Origin: Bilabrum cf. latius
Taxonomy: Eukaryota
Length of the DNA: 64,000 nt
Reading direction: 5' to 3'
Assembly: GCA_965178125.1 (NCBI GenBank)
Contig: OZ237755.1
Location: 434,001 to 498,000, forward strand
Part shown: positions 1-14,437 of the stretch, piece after piece
Position numbering within the stretch: position 1 is the first letter of the stretch
Layout: each line of letters starts with the position of its first letter
The notes under the pieces: generated by a model
Seen by the model: the letters and a program-made list of their open reading frames with translations, nothing else
Told to the model about the DNA's origin: nothing
The model's database searches: none
Made by a program: the position numbers and the translations under genes

Positions 1-3000
1 CAGATCTGCTGATTGGATCGGTTGACACCAGCTGTCTGTCGCTGTTGCTCCTGCTTCATGAGCTCATTGGTGTGCTTGAGCCTGGTCAAGGCCTCCCTCA
101 AGTCTACCCTGCTCTACTGCAGCGCATGTTCGTGTCCCACAGCCTCCCGGAGTGCTACCTCACTGGAAGACACAAACTGGTTGGCTAGCACGCCTTCCGG
201 CATGGGCATCCCTCGCGGCAGCAGCTGCACCCGGGCCTTTGCCTGCGACATGTAGTCAGCTGTGGCCAGCAGATCGGTCTATTTGGAAACAAGCTGCAGG
301 ATGTGCCTACTCTCGGACAGAAGAGCAGACAGCAGATCCTTCACTGCTCGAGAGGCAGCGACTGGTTTGGACAATCGACCGGATTGCTGGTCTCCTTTGC
401 AGTCGACAAAGAAGGGGATTTCGAATCGCACGGACTGGCTGCTAGCCATGGCACGGAGCACCCTGAGAAAGGCGCTATCGACGATCTTGCCAGTTGCCTA
501 ATCATCCGCAATGGCGCTGTCGACAGCAGCATCACTGTCTTTGCCACGCTTGCCCCTGCCTACTTCCAGCTCCAGATTGCCTTCTTCCTTAGCTTTCTTG
601 ATTGTATCTGCCAATCGCTTCAGCTTATCCTCGTTTTGATACTCTTCAAACTTCCGTTCGACGATTCTTGGTCGCAATATCTCGCCTACCCTGCGCAGCT
701 GTGCCTCTGCAGTGCAGTAGCTGCAGGGAGGACCGGTTCCTCCAAATGCAGATCTGCACTAGGAGCAGTTGTTCGTTCTCATCACAGACTCCAGCGTCGG
801 TTCGAGCAGCGGAGCAAGTGTCTCATACGAGCGCTTCCGGGCATCGCGCAGCTACTGCAACGTTTGCTTCAGCCGCATGTGCAGCGCGTGCATGGAGCGT
901 ACTTCAGGCCATATTACCCCCTTTTGCACCATAATAGCCTGCTCCAGCGAGGCACTACGACCAATGGAATGATTTAGAAGAGTTGCAGCAGCTCGTTCGT
1001 TGGCTTCTCCCACTAAACTGGACACAACAGAAGACGCAACCACGCCCAAGCCGGATCCACTAGATGCACCGGCCGCTTGGGCGGCCTACTTCGACAACTG
1101 CAGGAAAAATGCGTCAATCCAAAGCTCCAACGCTGTAAGACTAGGCACCTAAACATCCGATGCATCTGTGATTGGCCCGACTGATTGGTCTACCGCGGAG
1201 ATCAGGGCCTGTACTTCGGCATCGGAAACAGCTGTTGATGGTGCGTGCACAGGCCGACGAGGTTGTCCAGCGGCTGCAGCACCTGACGCACGCGCACTTG
1301 AGCTAGCACTAGAAGATAAAGCGCCGGAACCCTTGGATCTAGAGCTACGGTCAACCTCTGAAGGCTTCGAGAATGTCCATGCGACAGCTCTGCACTTCCT
1401 TAGGGCGTCACCGAACGCTTTCTGGACCGTCGCTCGGACGGCGGCAGTGTCCCCTTGCTGCATGGCAGCTACTCGTTCCTGACAATCCTTCGCTCTTGCG
1501 CGGAGCTAGGCAACTTCGCCAGCTGTGGCTGCACCTTTACGCTCCAGCATAGCTGCAAGCTTATCAGCAAGATCGCCGATGTTGTGTAGGGCATGCACCC
1601 TGCCAAAGCTGTCAAGCCGCACTCCGGCTGGCTCGCTTTCAGCCGCAACCTCGAGCACACTCTCATACCTTGCCAGTGAGCGGCGAATCGCAGCTTCTTC
1701 ATCATGCGCCACCATGCGAGCCTCAGCTCTGTTGAGCAATCGAGAGGCCAAAGCTCTGGCCACGCCACTTGCAGACATGAGCGGCCCAAGTAGGAGCTTT
1801 GCAGCAAGCGCGTGGCTCTCAAACACAACGCTACGTAGGGCTTCTTCCGCAGAAGTCTGAAGCCCTTGCTTTCTCTTTTCGAACCAACCCCCTAGGCTAT
1901 TGTCTCTTCGCCCCTTTTGCTAGCTAGCCTAAGGCACAGCAAGTGCGAAAGCGCTGTGCGCACGGGCTGCCCCAAGCCGAGGATCACAGCACACCTGTCT
2001 GAGCGGCAACAGAGCATACAGTGCGTTTGAAGTCTCCAGATTAGTGAGTGGTGCATCATCATCATCAAATGGTGCGCGTGGCAATATGGTGCCGCTGCTG
2101 CTGCTGCTGCCGCCGCTGCTGCTGCTGCTGCCAACATCTCTATGGCTTGATGCTGCACCGGCGTCTCCGCCATGTTGCCAACTCCGCAACAGCCCCATGA
2201 GGCGCTTCTCAGCAAAACGGAAGAGGTCCTGATAGTTTTCTTCCTCCATAGGACTGAGAGGCGCTCTGATCACATCGTAGTCAAGACCCGGGATACCGAT
2301 ACTGGTGTCTTCAACCCGCACGCGGCTCATCAGCATGCTAGCCGCCGTTTCTATCCACAGCTTGCCGTAGGGCTGCCGGCGGGCTGGTGACCACACTCCA
2401 AGAACATGACCAAATCTTGCGCCAGAATCTCCGTCGAAGGGAGCCACTCGCATGAAACGGAGCAAGGGGAACAGGTCCATCAGACTGGACCGCAGAGGGG
2501 TGCCTGATACGCACCACCGGTTTGGAGACGGGATGTGCTCGAGCATCTTCGCAGCTGCTGCCACTCCAACACTACCAATGCCACCCGCAGAGTCTATTTG
2601 TGCAGTGGTTGTTCCCCGTCGAACACTGTCGATTGCCTCGGCCAGAGTGCGCTGCCTGGCTGGCTCAATCATCTGTGCCTCGTCGAGTACGATCCGCCAG
2701 AAGTCCAGCATCACTAGCGGACTAGGAATCTCCGCGCTTGTAGCTTTGAAGTTGGCCCGCTGAAGCCGAGCGCTCTTCCGATTTGGTGATCCTCGTGCCT
2801 AGTACACGAGGGCAAGCCTTGCCGCGAATGCAACTGCTACGGCATTCAGGTGCTTATCTTGAATGACGCTCGGCAGCCAGTGCGGCCGTACCGCGAACGG
2901 CCTCTCTGCGATGTAGCGATATGCTTCAACATCAAACCCACGAGAAACAGGAAGAGATTGACCGGTACTCTCCAGCTCTTCGGCAGCAAAAACGGCGGAG

Positions 3001-6000
3001 CGTGCTGCACTTGCCGCGTTGAACACCGCGCGCTGCAGCGGAGACGCCAGTGTCATACTAACCCTTGTTCCTATCTACGACATGACCTCTGGATCCAGCT
3101 CGGCCGTCTCTGACCGCAAAACGCCTTCCTATGCGTCATGGATGCCACGTAGCGTGTTCTAAGCCAGGCTCAGCTCCTTCTTTAGCGTGGAAAACGACGT
3201 GACCACAATGTCGAAGGCAGAGGCAAACTCGACCGGGTCCATCATCTTGGCCGCAAACTGGCAGTCCTAGAAAGCAAGTTCGTACTCGCGAATAGCCTGG
3301 CATCCGGCCGTCACTATTTTCTTTGCCTGCACCCACGCCTTGTCGATTCCAAGGTACGACTTGTGCCACTACAGCATCCTGTGATCCGCGAGCCGTACCT
3401 GCTCCAAGGCTGCCAGTGCCGCATCGAGAACTGCGGACTTTCGCCCTCGGCCTGGTGATGACAACTGGTGCTGATAGGCGCTTCGAAATCGAGCTGCGTG
3501 AGACGCAAGCTTGTCAAAGCTCTTAATGGACGCCTCTCGCTGCCGAATGGCGGCTCGCAGTGACTTGACCATAGCAGACGCAGCCGTATTCGCGGCCGAC
3601 GACGTCCCGCGAAACACAGCAACACGCAAAGCTTTCCCCGACGCATTTGCTCCGATATCCCCTTCCACTTCGCGGCGATCCTTGATGTGCTTGCGAATCA
3701 TCTCGTCGGACCACTGCTCAATGATCTTGTCGGGAGTGACGACGAGGGTGGCACCAGACCTGATCTTGCCGCCGACAGCCGAGGCAGCAAAAGCAGCACC
3801 GGCTCTGCATTCGGGACACACGAAGTTTCGTTGCGGCATCTTGACAGGAACAGACTCTCCTGGGGCATCTGAAATGGAGCAGCAGCGAAACTACTGCACT
3901 GGAGCAGACCCGCTCTCCTTTCGAGCCTTCTTCGCGGCATTTCCTTTGGAAGCGGCCGGCCGGCCTCGCTTGGAGCCCACTGCTGCGACAGAACCAGGGG
4001 CTCCGTCCGCTGCACTCCCAACCATGCCTCCAACAATGCCTTCGATCTCTTCTGGAAGCATGGTGCGATCCGCGATCGGCAAGCCATCGACAAGCCTGTT
4101 TGGGCCAACCGAATCTCCATCTGGATCGTCTGCACCTGCACCGGAGGCCGCAGCACTTGATGCAGCGTTAGAAGCGCTAGTTGATGAATTTTCAGTATCG
4201 TTCAGCCGTGCGTCAAAGCCCCGCGCTATGGCATCATCCAAGCTTGCTGCAGCAAGAGGCAGACCGACCGCTTCGAATACCTGTTCAAGCGCAGTCAACG
4301 GATGGTGCTCAAAGATCGGACCATTTTTGATCCATGCCTCCTCCTTGCTGAACTGTTCCTCTACAGAAACCGCAATCTCCTGAGACCTTCGCTTTCCCTT
4401 TGACGAGCCTCTGCCCTTGCGGCCTGCTCCTCGAGCGCCACCTGCCGCTGCTGCGGGCTATGCTCTGCCCCCACTTCTCCTAGGACCGGAGGCTCGCGAA
4501 GAAGACGTTCTTGATCGGGCACCATCGTCCTCATATTCCTCTTCATCGAAGAGATCGCCCATGTGAGCCTGCCCCTCACTGGCTTGCCGCAGGTACGTCG
4601 ACCTGGCTCCGTCTGCCCGATCCAAGCCCTTCTGATACTTGGCACCAGCTTGCATAATCTTCGGTACGACTCCTTCGCCGTAGATGGCAGCCGCAGCGAT
4701 AGGAGAGGCGATCGTGCCGCAGGGTGATACTTGCCCGGGGTCTGCAAGGGCTGCAATGCAGTGCCTTGAGCACGATGCGCACTGGACCCATCGGAGTAGC
4801 TTGGCTGCATCGCCCTCCTGCCTGATTCCACTGACGCATTCCTTGGCACCATTCTGCCTGTCCACCCCAGGTATGGCGCCTGCCTCCACCTGGGCCTGGT
4901 GCGTTCTTACCGCGGCCCTGATGCCTTCCTAGTATGGGACTGTATCTGAGTCAGGCCTGTGGTGTGCAGCTGCAAGGGCCAGCACATCTAGTGTCTTGCC
5001 GGTCCCCATCTCATCCGCGAGGATGCCAGATCCTTTCAACCAGCCATCAGCTGGCACCAGCTGTGGCGTCTCTGTAAGCATGAAGTCCTCACCGTAGTGC
5101 ATGTACACCTTGGGACACAGTCGCGGACCCGCGTCGCTTGGAACCCAATACAGGATAGATTGTTCCAAGCCCGCAAGTTGAATGAAAGCAGGGTGAACCG
5201 GTAGATTGCGACTGGGGCTCTAATCTTCGGTAGAGGGCTGCTTACCGAGAGCCGATGCGCCCTCCCTGTCCAGCATCCAAGCTAGGGCTTGGGTCTGATG
5301 CGGCATCAGTTTCAGTGCGAGCACCTCATCCATCCTACGCTGGACTGCATCGGGAAGCACGGCACTACCAAGGGTGCTTCTCTAGGCTGCGGCGTACACG
5401 CCTGCCACGCTGGGCGTAGGGTCAAATCGATGCAACGACTCGACCAGCATCCCAGGGCTTGCAGACTCTAGCAGAGCATGCACTTTGGCTGAAATCTGGC
5501 TCCCGGCCCTAGGCGGCGTCAAGCTTCTCTGTACGGAAACCAGCAAACTCTCAACAAACTTGTTCGGTGAATACGTGGCTGACGGCTTAACTCCGAGCCG
5601 ATCTGCAGGAATGCTTCTGCCGTCCATAAGGCAGCAGTGAAACGTCACTGCAACTTTTAGGCGTTCGGACACAGCATCGGCGCTATCGCATCGGCGAGCA
5701 TCAGCGAGCAATGCACACGGTGGTTCCGCTCCAGCTGCCAACCTGTGGCCTGGCATGCCTGCAGCCAGTTTGCGCGAAAGTGCTAGCACATTCTGCACGG
5801 ACCACAGGCCGAAAGCCTTTGTCTGGCATTCTGGGCTGCCAATGATCCCGACGGACGGGACGAACATAAAAGGGAGTGAATGCCGAAAGGATGCCATCTC
5901 GAGACGAGATGCATGCCCATCAGGCAGCGAGACCAAGTCGAAACGTCCATTCTCAAGCGGTATGTCCCACAGCAGAGGCTGAACACTCTCCCAACTCTCA

Positions 6001-8801
6001 TTAGGGTCTGCTTGAACGGGAATTTTGCGCATGTCGTGAGGTGCAATGGCGCCACCGACCTCAAATACTACTTGCCCACATCCGCTGCCGTCTAAGCCAG
6101 CTCCCGGCCCGAAAGACTCCTGCGACGCACGTGCCAGCTCGGATACGTCCCCACACCACGAGTGTCTGCCAGCCATCAAAGGAACGTACATGCCATACCC
6201 TGCCATGAGTGGCCACGCGAACAGCACTCGAGCCACCCTGTCAATCGCTTCGTCATCCTCAATCTAGTTCTAAAATGGACTCCCTCGAGTCTCCGCGATC
6301 GCGATGCGCCCGTCGCGCACATCGATCTGTCCGCGAGTACACATTTGTGAGATGAGCCCTCTGCAAAACTGAAGACATCGGTCACGGATGTCGCTGACGG
6401 CGTTGCACACCTTGCAGTATCGAAGGATCTCAGGCTCTCTATAGTACCATAGCCATTTTGAATGCAAGCTAGTTTGCTACTAGCGAGCGCGACGTTGTTC
6501 CCGTATCTATGTCCGCAATTGAGACATCCGCTTGAAGTCTTCGAGCAAGTAGGCGAGGACTCGGCATCCTTCCCGGACTGGGAAGAGACTCTCTGGGGAG
6601 CAGCCTATCGACTCCTCCGTAGGTGCCCACCAGTTGGTCACTGCTTCGATCTCCAACAGCTTGACCATGGAGACGTCCTTCTAGCGGGGCACGAGATGCT
6701 GGATGGAAGTACCAAACACCTCGTCCTCCTACAAGCTAAAAGCTGGAACGATCAGCTCATCAAACAGGCGCGCGCCCTCTAAAGGGTCCTGCTGCGAAAT
6801 CGAGTCATGCAGCGCTCGGATCTAGCTCTGCTGTTGCTACTCAAGCATATCGTGGCCCTAAGACCAGCCCAAATCGCCAGTGCATCTAAGGCAGGGGTCT
6901 TCACTGAAGTGGTACGACTTGCACATTTCCACAAGCCACTCGGTCACAACTGACCGCGGCAGAGACCTGCCGCAGTACTACCACAGGTACACACCTGCAA
7001 CGTGATGGCACTGCGACTGCAGCAATACTTGGTCAAAGGCGTGGTACCGCTCAGCTTGCGCTTTATGCAGAAGCTCTGACGATAGCTTGACTCCAGTTGG
7101 GGTCACGACGTCACCTCGTCGCCCAGCTCCATCCTGGCTGCCCGCCATTGGAAGACCACCTCGCAGAAACTCCACGCACGTCCGTGCCGTCTCACGTGCA
7201 TTAACCATAGCAATGCAACCGAGGTCCTCGTATTGATGATACCTGTTGTAGCCGTACCTGTCCCACTTGATTGAGGCGAACACTGGCCTAGACTCTGGCA
7301 TGTCTGGCAGCTCTGGGAACAGAGGGCGCGATGCCTTGCCGCTTGCTGGAGCAGAGCTGGATGCATTGGCTTCTCCTGCGGCAGATACCCCGCTAGCAGC
7401 CGAGCTTCCCCCTGCACTTGAATTTGCAGCTGCTATGCTCCGCAGCGCGTCCGCATCATCGTCGCTGTCGAGATCGAGAATCAAGCCAGACTACGAGACA
7501 TCTCGGCTATCAGCACCGTCATCGGCAGGAGAATCACCGGAAGGATAATTGAGCCTCACGTTGTACGGCTTGAGCTCCAGCTAAAACTCTTCGAGCTTGA
7601 CCATTCGGTCGCATGGCAGCAAACAGGGCGCCATTTGTTCGACCTCCTCCATCTCGTCCTCGTCCAATTCGACCTCGACCTCGACTGCCTTGTGTTTCTC
7701 AACCCCTTCCATCGGCCCTGCACCTCCTTCTAGTGAAGCTCTACTGCCTTGCTACTGGTCATTCATGCCATCCGCGGCGTCGTCATCGTCTTCCATGGAT
7801 GCAGATGCAGCTGCCGAGCTGGATGCAGATGCAGCTGCCGAGCCTGCCGCAAGCGGGCCCACTGGTGACTTCGGTCCACTCCCACTGGCCGCAAGCTGTC
7901 CCGTCGAGACGATCTCGACGTCACTATCAGAGTCAGAATCTGAGTCGATGGCGCGCGCACTGCCATCGGAACCTTTAGCCTGAGGCTTGCCGTTCTTTCG
8001 CTTCGTGCCGCCTGCCTCAGGGCCAGCGGAGCCGTTCGAGGCTTCATCTCCGCCACTAGGACCGACAGATTCGAGATCGATATCGCGACGCTTCACATTG
8101 ACCTTGACCTTGACCTTTTGCGTGGAGAGCACCCCGGGGATAACGAGGGGCCTTGGGCGCGGAATGGACCCGTCGATGGCGCTGGCTGCAAAGGGCAGCA
8201 GCTAGGCGATGCTCGCATACTTGGGAATCATGCTCGCAACTGCAATTTGACGGCCAAGCTATTTTCCGGTCCACTGTTGGCCGCCTTGCCAGACTGGCAA
8301 CGCATCGCAACGATCGGCGACATCGCCCGCTGGCATCTTGCTTGCATCGTTGTGAGCATCACGGGCAGGACCGCCGTTCCTTGGTGCAAGGATGCCAGCT
8401 GAAGGGCCCCTTTGCTCGTCAGCACGTGTATCTGACGCACTGTCACTGTCACTTTCAACCATTTTGCTGCCAGCTTTGCTTGAATGTCGAACAAGGCGAC
8501 GCGACGGCGAGCCCGCAGTCTTAGCTTTCTTTGCGCGACGTCTTCGCTACCTCGCTCGCTTCGCAACTCCTGCGAAGTACTCCGCAGATTCAACTTCACG
8601 CTGCCGCAGCTATTCCATTGCAGCAGCCAGTGCGGAACCCCCACTAGCCTGTCTGATTGCCTGGCTAGGCAATTGCACCGGTTCACCACGAGCCTCATTG
8701 TCAGATAAACAACCATCACTCGCCTCCGATTCCGATACGTCCATGGCCCCAGGTAGGCTTGACGGTTCTCGCTTCTTTGGAATTGCCTTTTTCCGCGGCA
8801 T
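1..8801 (-). CDS. SHPRH: SHPRH-like SNF2-family helicase/E3 ligase (3'-partial, >2900 aa, TAG read as Gln)
   Basis: ORF-track fragments ending at 8610, 8259, 7752, 6978, 6270, 5382, 4929, 4458, 3891, 3369, 2799, 1929, 1506, 1149, 852 and 279 are all in one frame and each ends in TAG (about 35 in-frame TAGs by hand count). SNF2 motifs: LMPHQTQALAWMLDRE, GILADEMGTGKT (I), TLVVTPDKIIEQW (Ia), FDIVVTSFSTLKKEL, FWRIVLDEAQMI (II), RWCVSGTP (III). PHD-like remnants WVQCASC...FVCPEC lie between motifs I and Ia, and RVHALHNI is SHPRH-like. ATG at 8801 (MPRKK). RING and helicase-C domains presumably lie beyond position 1. Confidence 0.8.
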
Positions 8802-8981
8802 GCTTGAGATTTTGAAAAATGTACCAAATACGACCGTGGAGGTTCCGCACCCTCTGTGGACGGAATGGCGCGGCGCCAAGCTAAACACCTGCTTCGCTAA
8901 AAATCCGTACTCTAGCTTCAAAGGATGAGCGGCAGCAGGTCGTATGGCCAGCCTAGAGACCAAATTGTGTCTACATTTGGC

Positions 8982-11900
8982 ATGGCACAACGAAGTTCCC
9001 CCGCTTCGCGAGGAATTATTCGTGGAGGCGTTGCTATTCACCTTGAGGCTGCACCCGACCCGAACCCCGGCCCGGGTAAGCTTGCGTTGACTTTCGCGTT
9101 CACCGCGTCCTATTTTTTTATCATTTTGTATTTTTTCAGTCAACCTTTGGCGCTGCAGGTCACTATTGTGCCTCTGCCGAAGCAGGCATTGCATCGCCAT
9201 ACAATGCATGGGTGCGAGGCAGCTTCAACGTTCAGGTGGGGAAGAGAGCCACTAGGCGGGGCAGAAAGGCACTCACTGCAGAAGAAAGCTGGCTACGGCG
9301 AACCAGAGTGAGAGTGCCTCGGTCTTCTCCGTTGTACGCCGAGTACGCCGAAGCTGAACGGCAACGTCGGCAAATGAGCTCAAGGCGGCGGAAGAGCAGA
9401 GCCTCTCTCTCGTCAGGCAGACAGGCCCTCAAGCAGAAATTTGATTTAGCGAGCTCATCCCGAGCGTCTCGTGGCGGCCTCGACGCTACCGATGCTATGC
9501 TGCTAGCAGCCACAGGCGACGGACAGCAGCAGCCGGCGGCACAGAGTCTGGCAGATGCTTCGCTGCACCCAGAACAGACGGGCACACGCATTGAATCATA
9601 GAACGGCACTAGTAGTGCGCAGCTGTCCAGCGGGAGCGCTATGGAAGAGGGGGAATTCGAGCACGGAGCAAGTGCTCCGAGCGAGCACGTCAGGGTATTC
9701 GAAGACGACCTGACGTACCCTTCGCACGCCAGCATCGAAAGAACATCCATAAAAGGCGCCGACGTCGACGGATCGTACGTCTCAGGGGACAAGTTCATGC
9801 ACGGTGGCGGTCGCCGTAGCCGCAGCAGGCCCTCAGCAGCCAGGGCCCGGGCCCGCTCTTCCAGTCGCAGGCTGCCGCGCGGTTCGTATGGGGCTCAGCG
9901 GCCCAGTGGGTGGGAAGACGACAGGATGCGGAGAGCCAGGGCGCGCAAGTCCTGGTCGCAAAGGGAGCAGCTCATGGCCAAGAGGCTGAAGGTGAAGAGG
10001 GGGCAGGGAGAGGAGGAGCAGAAGCAGAACGGAGCGGCCAAGGAGCCCGGCAGGGGACTGGGTGCGGGATGGAACAGCTCCACCCGCAGCCAGAGCGTGT
10101 CGAGAGGGAGGCAGCCACATGGAGGGTGGGCGGCAGCGGCAGCGGGCCATGGGCCGAGGCCAAGGTCCAGCTCGAGACCAGGACCGGGAGCATAGCGGAA
10201 GATGGGCGGGGGCCGGCGGACGGACGCAAGCGGGGCATCTGCAGACGGTACTGCTGGTGCAGCTGGCATGAGCATTCAGGAGCGGCTCAAGCTGAGACGT
10301 TCGATGCAGCAGCAATCGCAGTAGTAGGAGACGGAGCCTGACAAGCCGTCGCGTCGAGGGGGGGTACAGGAGGCGAAGTCAGACAATCGCAAGCCGATTC
10401 CTACCGACTCGTCAGCGGGCACGGCGCCGGGTATCTCCATCCACAGTCCACGCACACAGTCGCAGGAAGGCCAGTCGCGCGGTAGTCCGAGTGCAATCAC
10501 CGGCTGGGAGCGTGAGGTCGCGCATCAAGCCCTTCGGATCGCCATGGCGAGCGCCACCAAGAACCGCGGCTCTGGTGAAAGTCCTCGCCAATCTGGCGGT
10601 GGTCAGGCAAGTCGCCATCACTCCAGGCGGCGCACAAGCCAGTCTCCTCCTCAGTACGACGCTTTGGGACCCATTCGCGAAGACGACATCCTGGCAGTGA
10701 TGGAGAGCTTGAAGCATTACAGACGCAAGATGGGACCACCGGCCCGTCTGAGGAAGGATCACGACGCAGCTCCATCGAGTGGCACGGCCGTTGATAGCTC
10801 GGAGGGAGAATCCGAGGAGGAGCAGCCAACGAGCAGTCGGACCCGACCTGCCCGCGCTGCTGGTCGCAAAGCACTGCTAAGCCAACCTTCCCTCCCTGGT
10901 TCTGGCAAGAACGTCAGGTCGGGGCTGCCGGCGATGATGATGCAGGCAAGAGCAGGGAAATCACGCTCGGAGGTGCCCCCGCCGGTCATCTCCACCGGCC
11001 CAAGCCCAGCAGGTCGGACCGCGCTGGCACCAGCAGGTACTGCGGCGAACAAGGCTGATCAAGGTAGAGCGGTCAAAAACGCGGCCAGTGGGGCTAGTTC
11101 GGATGCTGTAGCCGAGTCAGCTCACGGTGCGGTTGACGGTGGGGCCTAGCCACAAGGAGGTGCCCTTCGGCTGGAGGATCTCGAGAGCAAGGCGCAGTCA
11201 CGCGGTTCAGTTGCTGTGGGTGCAGTCCGCGAGCCGGGGTAGTAGTCGCAGTCGGTAGTTGCGCAGACCCCGGCTGGTTAGCAGAGCGAGGACGAGAAGC
11301 TGTTTGCTGTGCTGCGTGGCACTGCTCCCGTGGATTCTGTGGCAAAGGACGGCGAGACGATTGCAGAAGAGGTGTCACCGGCTGCACCCGGTAGCTCGGA
11401 GGGGCAGCTGTAGCCGAGTGCGTCTACGAGAGAGGCAGAGCTTGACTATCAGATCGCGCCGGGGTCAATAGGCAAGAATCTGGTCGGAGACCTGTTGGTC
11501 GACAGCCCAGACGCAGCTTCAGCCGCACCTGCAACCGTCTTAGGGGAAGAAGACGTGGGCGTCCGAGGAACAAAGGAGCCGAAGCAAGGACGTGGCACGA
11601 AGGGGGGGCACACTTTGGCGATGTCTCGTGGTGATGTAGCTTCTCAAGCGGCTGCTGCCGCAACTCCACTGAGTGTTGCGCCGCCGCTGCCTGCGAGCCA
11701 GTTCGCGACGCCTTCGTCAGATGCGTCGGACTTTTTGTCTCCTCCTCCGCCTGGCAAGACTCCTGTGTCGATATCCAGAAGCGCACAGCTGCATTCCGGC
11801 CGGAGGAACAACGCATAGCGACAGCTGCACGATGAATCTGGTGATAGTCGAGCTTCAAGTGCGGCTAAACCACCCCTACTGCCTCCCAGCGTCAACGCGT

Positions 11901-13027
11901 CGGCGCACTCAAACATGTCACAGGAGGCTACTGAGGAGCTGAGTGGCACAGGCCGATCAACACCACCACGCGCACTAGGTAGTGCATCTGCGGTCAAGGA
12001 GAGCAGATATGGATCAGGAGAGAAGGCCGAGCGGGCCAGACTGTAGCTTGCAGCCTTTTTGGATGCAAGTGGAGTTGATTAGGATGAAGATGACGAGCAG
12101 GACTAGACCGCGGGTGAATCTGCTGCTGAGAGTAACGGACAGCATCAGACATCGCAGCCAGTAGCAGCTGCTTAGGCTACTGAAGCAGGGCCGAGGAGCC
12201 ACGCAGAGCTTTCGGCCGGGCCAAGCACTGCTGTCGCAGCCAGCGAGGCCCAACCCACAGATGCGGTGGAGGAGTCCCGATCGGATTCTGACGATGCAGC
12301 GGACGTTGCATCCGACATGGCAGAACCGGAAGCGACCGAGAACGCTGAAGTTCTGCAGGTGGATAGCCAGAGCCAATCGTAGATACCGTCACCAGTGTTG
12401 GCTATCGACCGTTCTGCGGCCGTTGCGGATGGTACAGCGCGCGGAGACCCACGGGCGAGCGCTCATGACCGGGCAAGTGCCGAGCTGCAGCCCGTTGAAC
12501 CGGGAATTATGACTCCTAACGTTGACGATGGCAATGACTGCGCGAGCGATGGCAGCGCGGGCGCTCGGATCTCTTTTGAAGGTGGAGAGGATGAGAATCA
12601 GGAGGGGGGGGACATCGGCGATGCGGAGCCGTCTGAGCCCGCCAAAGATGCTACAACGTCGCACGCGAGTGCATCTGCTTCGTTGGCCGAGCAAGTGCCG
12701 GAGCTCGCTGCAGCTGTCAACCCACTAGAGAGAAGAGCAGACGGCGCTGGTGCAAGTGCGTAGCTGGCTGCAAGCACTGCGATTGCAGCTGACTCAGGTG
12801 CTTCAGCCGGGGTTGAGGCTTCATCGTCGTCACTGCGTGGCACAACCGAGCAAGGCACAGCGCCCGCTGAAGGGAGTGGTCTGGTCGGTGTGGGCGTCGA
12901 CGTTGACAGCGAGTCGGACGAAGAGGCTGCTGGAGGACCAGGTAGCGACGGAGACACTGACATCAGCAGCCGCATAGAGTAGATGATGAAGATGACGGCC
13001 GAGCTTGGCTTAGGCGACTCAAGGTGA
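8982..13027 (+). CDS. Hypothetical low-complexity protein (~1320 aa) with an N-terminal PGPGxY motif
   Basis: Exon 1 8982-9075, intron 9076-9158 (GTAAG...CTGCAG), exon 2 9159-13027. Splicing restores PDPNPGPGHY. Fragments at 9212, 9641, 10544, 11495 and 12395 share a frame and are separated by TAG. Ends in TGA at 13025-13027. Confidence 0.7.
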
Positions 13028-13223
13028 GCCGGGCTCTAGGTGAGCCGTGGCACCTGAAGTTGTGGTCCGGTAGTCTACTTTCAAGTTGTGTTGTGATTAT
13101 TAAGACACACCATTGTATATTGTTCTACTCGCATGTCCTGCCAAGATCCTAGGATGGCGTTCAATCCCTCGCGCGCCTACTAGCTCACAGCAGGGTCGTG
13201 ATCCTGCCGACCTGATTCCCGCG

Positions 13224-14405
13224 TCACTTGCCCGCATTTAGCTTCTTGGCCCTAGAGCCAGAGGCACCTCTCTCCTGCTCCCTTGGTCGCTTCTTTCCCG
13301 CCCCAGCACCGAAGAATGCAGTCAGCTTCGAGGTGCGTTTCTTAAATCTGAGCCACGTCCTGGCGGATCCAGGCGGAGCTTTCTTTGCCGAAGCGGATCC
13401 TGTGCTGGAGGACTTGATACCTGTCTTTGGCTTCGAGGCGGCAGCAATTTCACTCTTCGATGTTGCCTGTGAGCCGGTCATGCTAGACTCGCCTACCACC
13501 GATGCGCTAGTAGCCGCGAGCAGCCTCCCAAGCGCGGCTTCATCCAGGAACAGATCCATCGCCACATGGTCCGACCACTTCTTGTGCGTGTTGAGCACGT
13601 TGCATCCGCGCACCGCACCTTGGAACACTCTAGGCGACACCATCATGAAGTCGATTCGGAGGCCCATGTTCGTCGCTCTGGCATCCGTTCTCCAGCTCCA
13701 AACCGTGTACTGGTGCTGCGTGGTCGGGTGCAGCAGCCTCCAGCAGTCCACAAAGGGCTGTAGGCTGACCACAGGCCCAGTTGCCGAGGCACCGACCGAG
13801 TTGCTAGAAGCTGACGACGGCGAAGATGATGACGATGACGATGAAACCTTGGGGTCTGACGCACTACTCGCTTGCGTGGACCGCACGGCGCCAAACAGTG
13901 TCTTGCGCTCTGCTTCAACGCATGGCACCAACGCAGCGAGGTCTGGTAGAGGCAGCGATACGCCCCCTGAAGCGATGGGAGGCACCTGAATCTGACCCAC
14001 AGGCAAATAATCAGCGAGAGATGCAGACTTTTCGCTTTGCGTGTGGGTACTCTGCGCGCCAGATGCAGCCGATGCCGCCTTCAAAACCGCACTACTAGGC
14101 TGCTTCGTCGCCTCGACAGGCGCGGCTGGTGATGATAGTACAGCTTGCAAGGCATCAGCCTATTTAAGAGCCGGCTCAGACGTCGGCAGCAGCGGAGGGC
14201 CCATGAGTGAGTCCAGAAATGTAACCTCACCGATAGAGTAGCCTCCGTAGCAGTGCCTGCTCTATCCTGCCTGACTTGTCGGCTGCCACGGAAGCAGCCC
14301 TGCCTTGGCACACAGAACTTCGGGTTCTTTTGATTCGCCGCTAAGGGCAGTGGCAGGCTTGCTGGATGAGGTTGCAGCGATCCCGCTAGTCATACTTGCA
14401 ATCGA

Positions 14406-14437
<32 letters not shown>

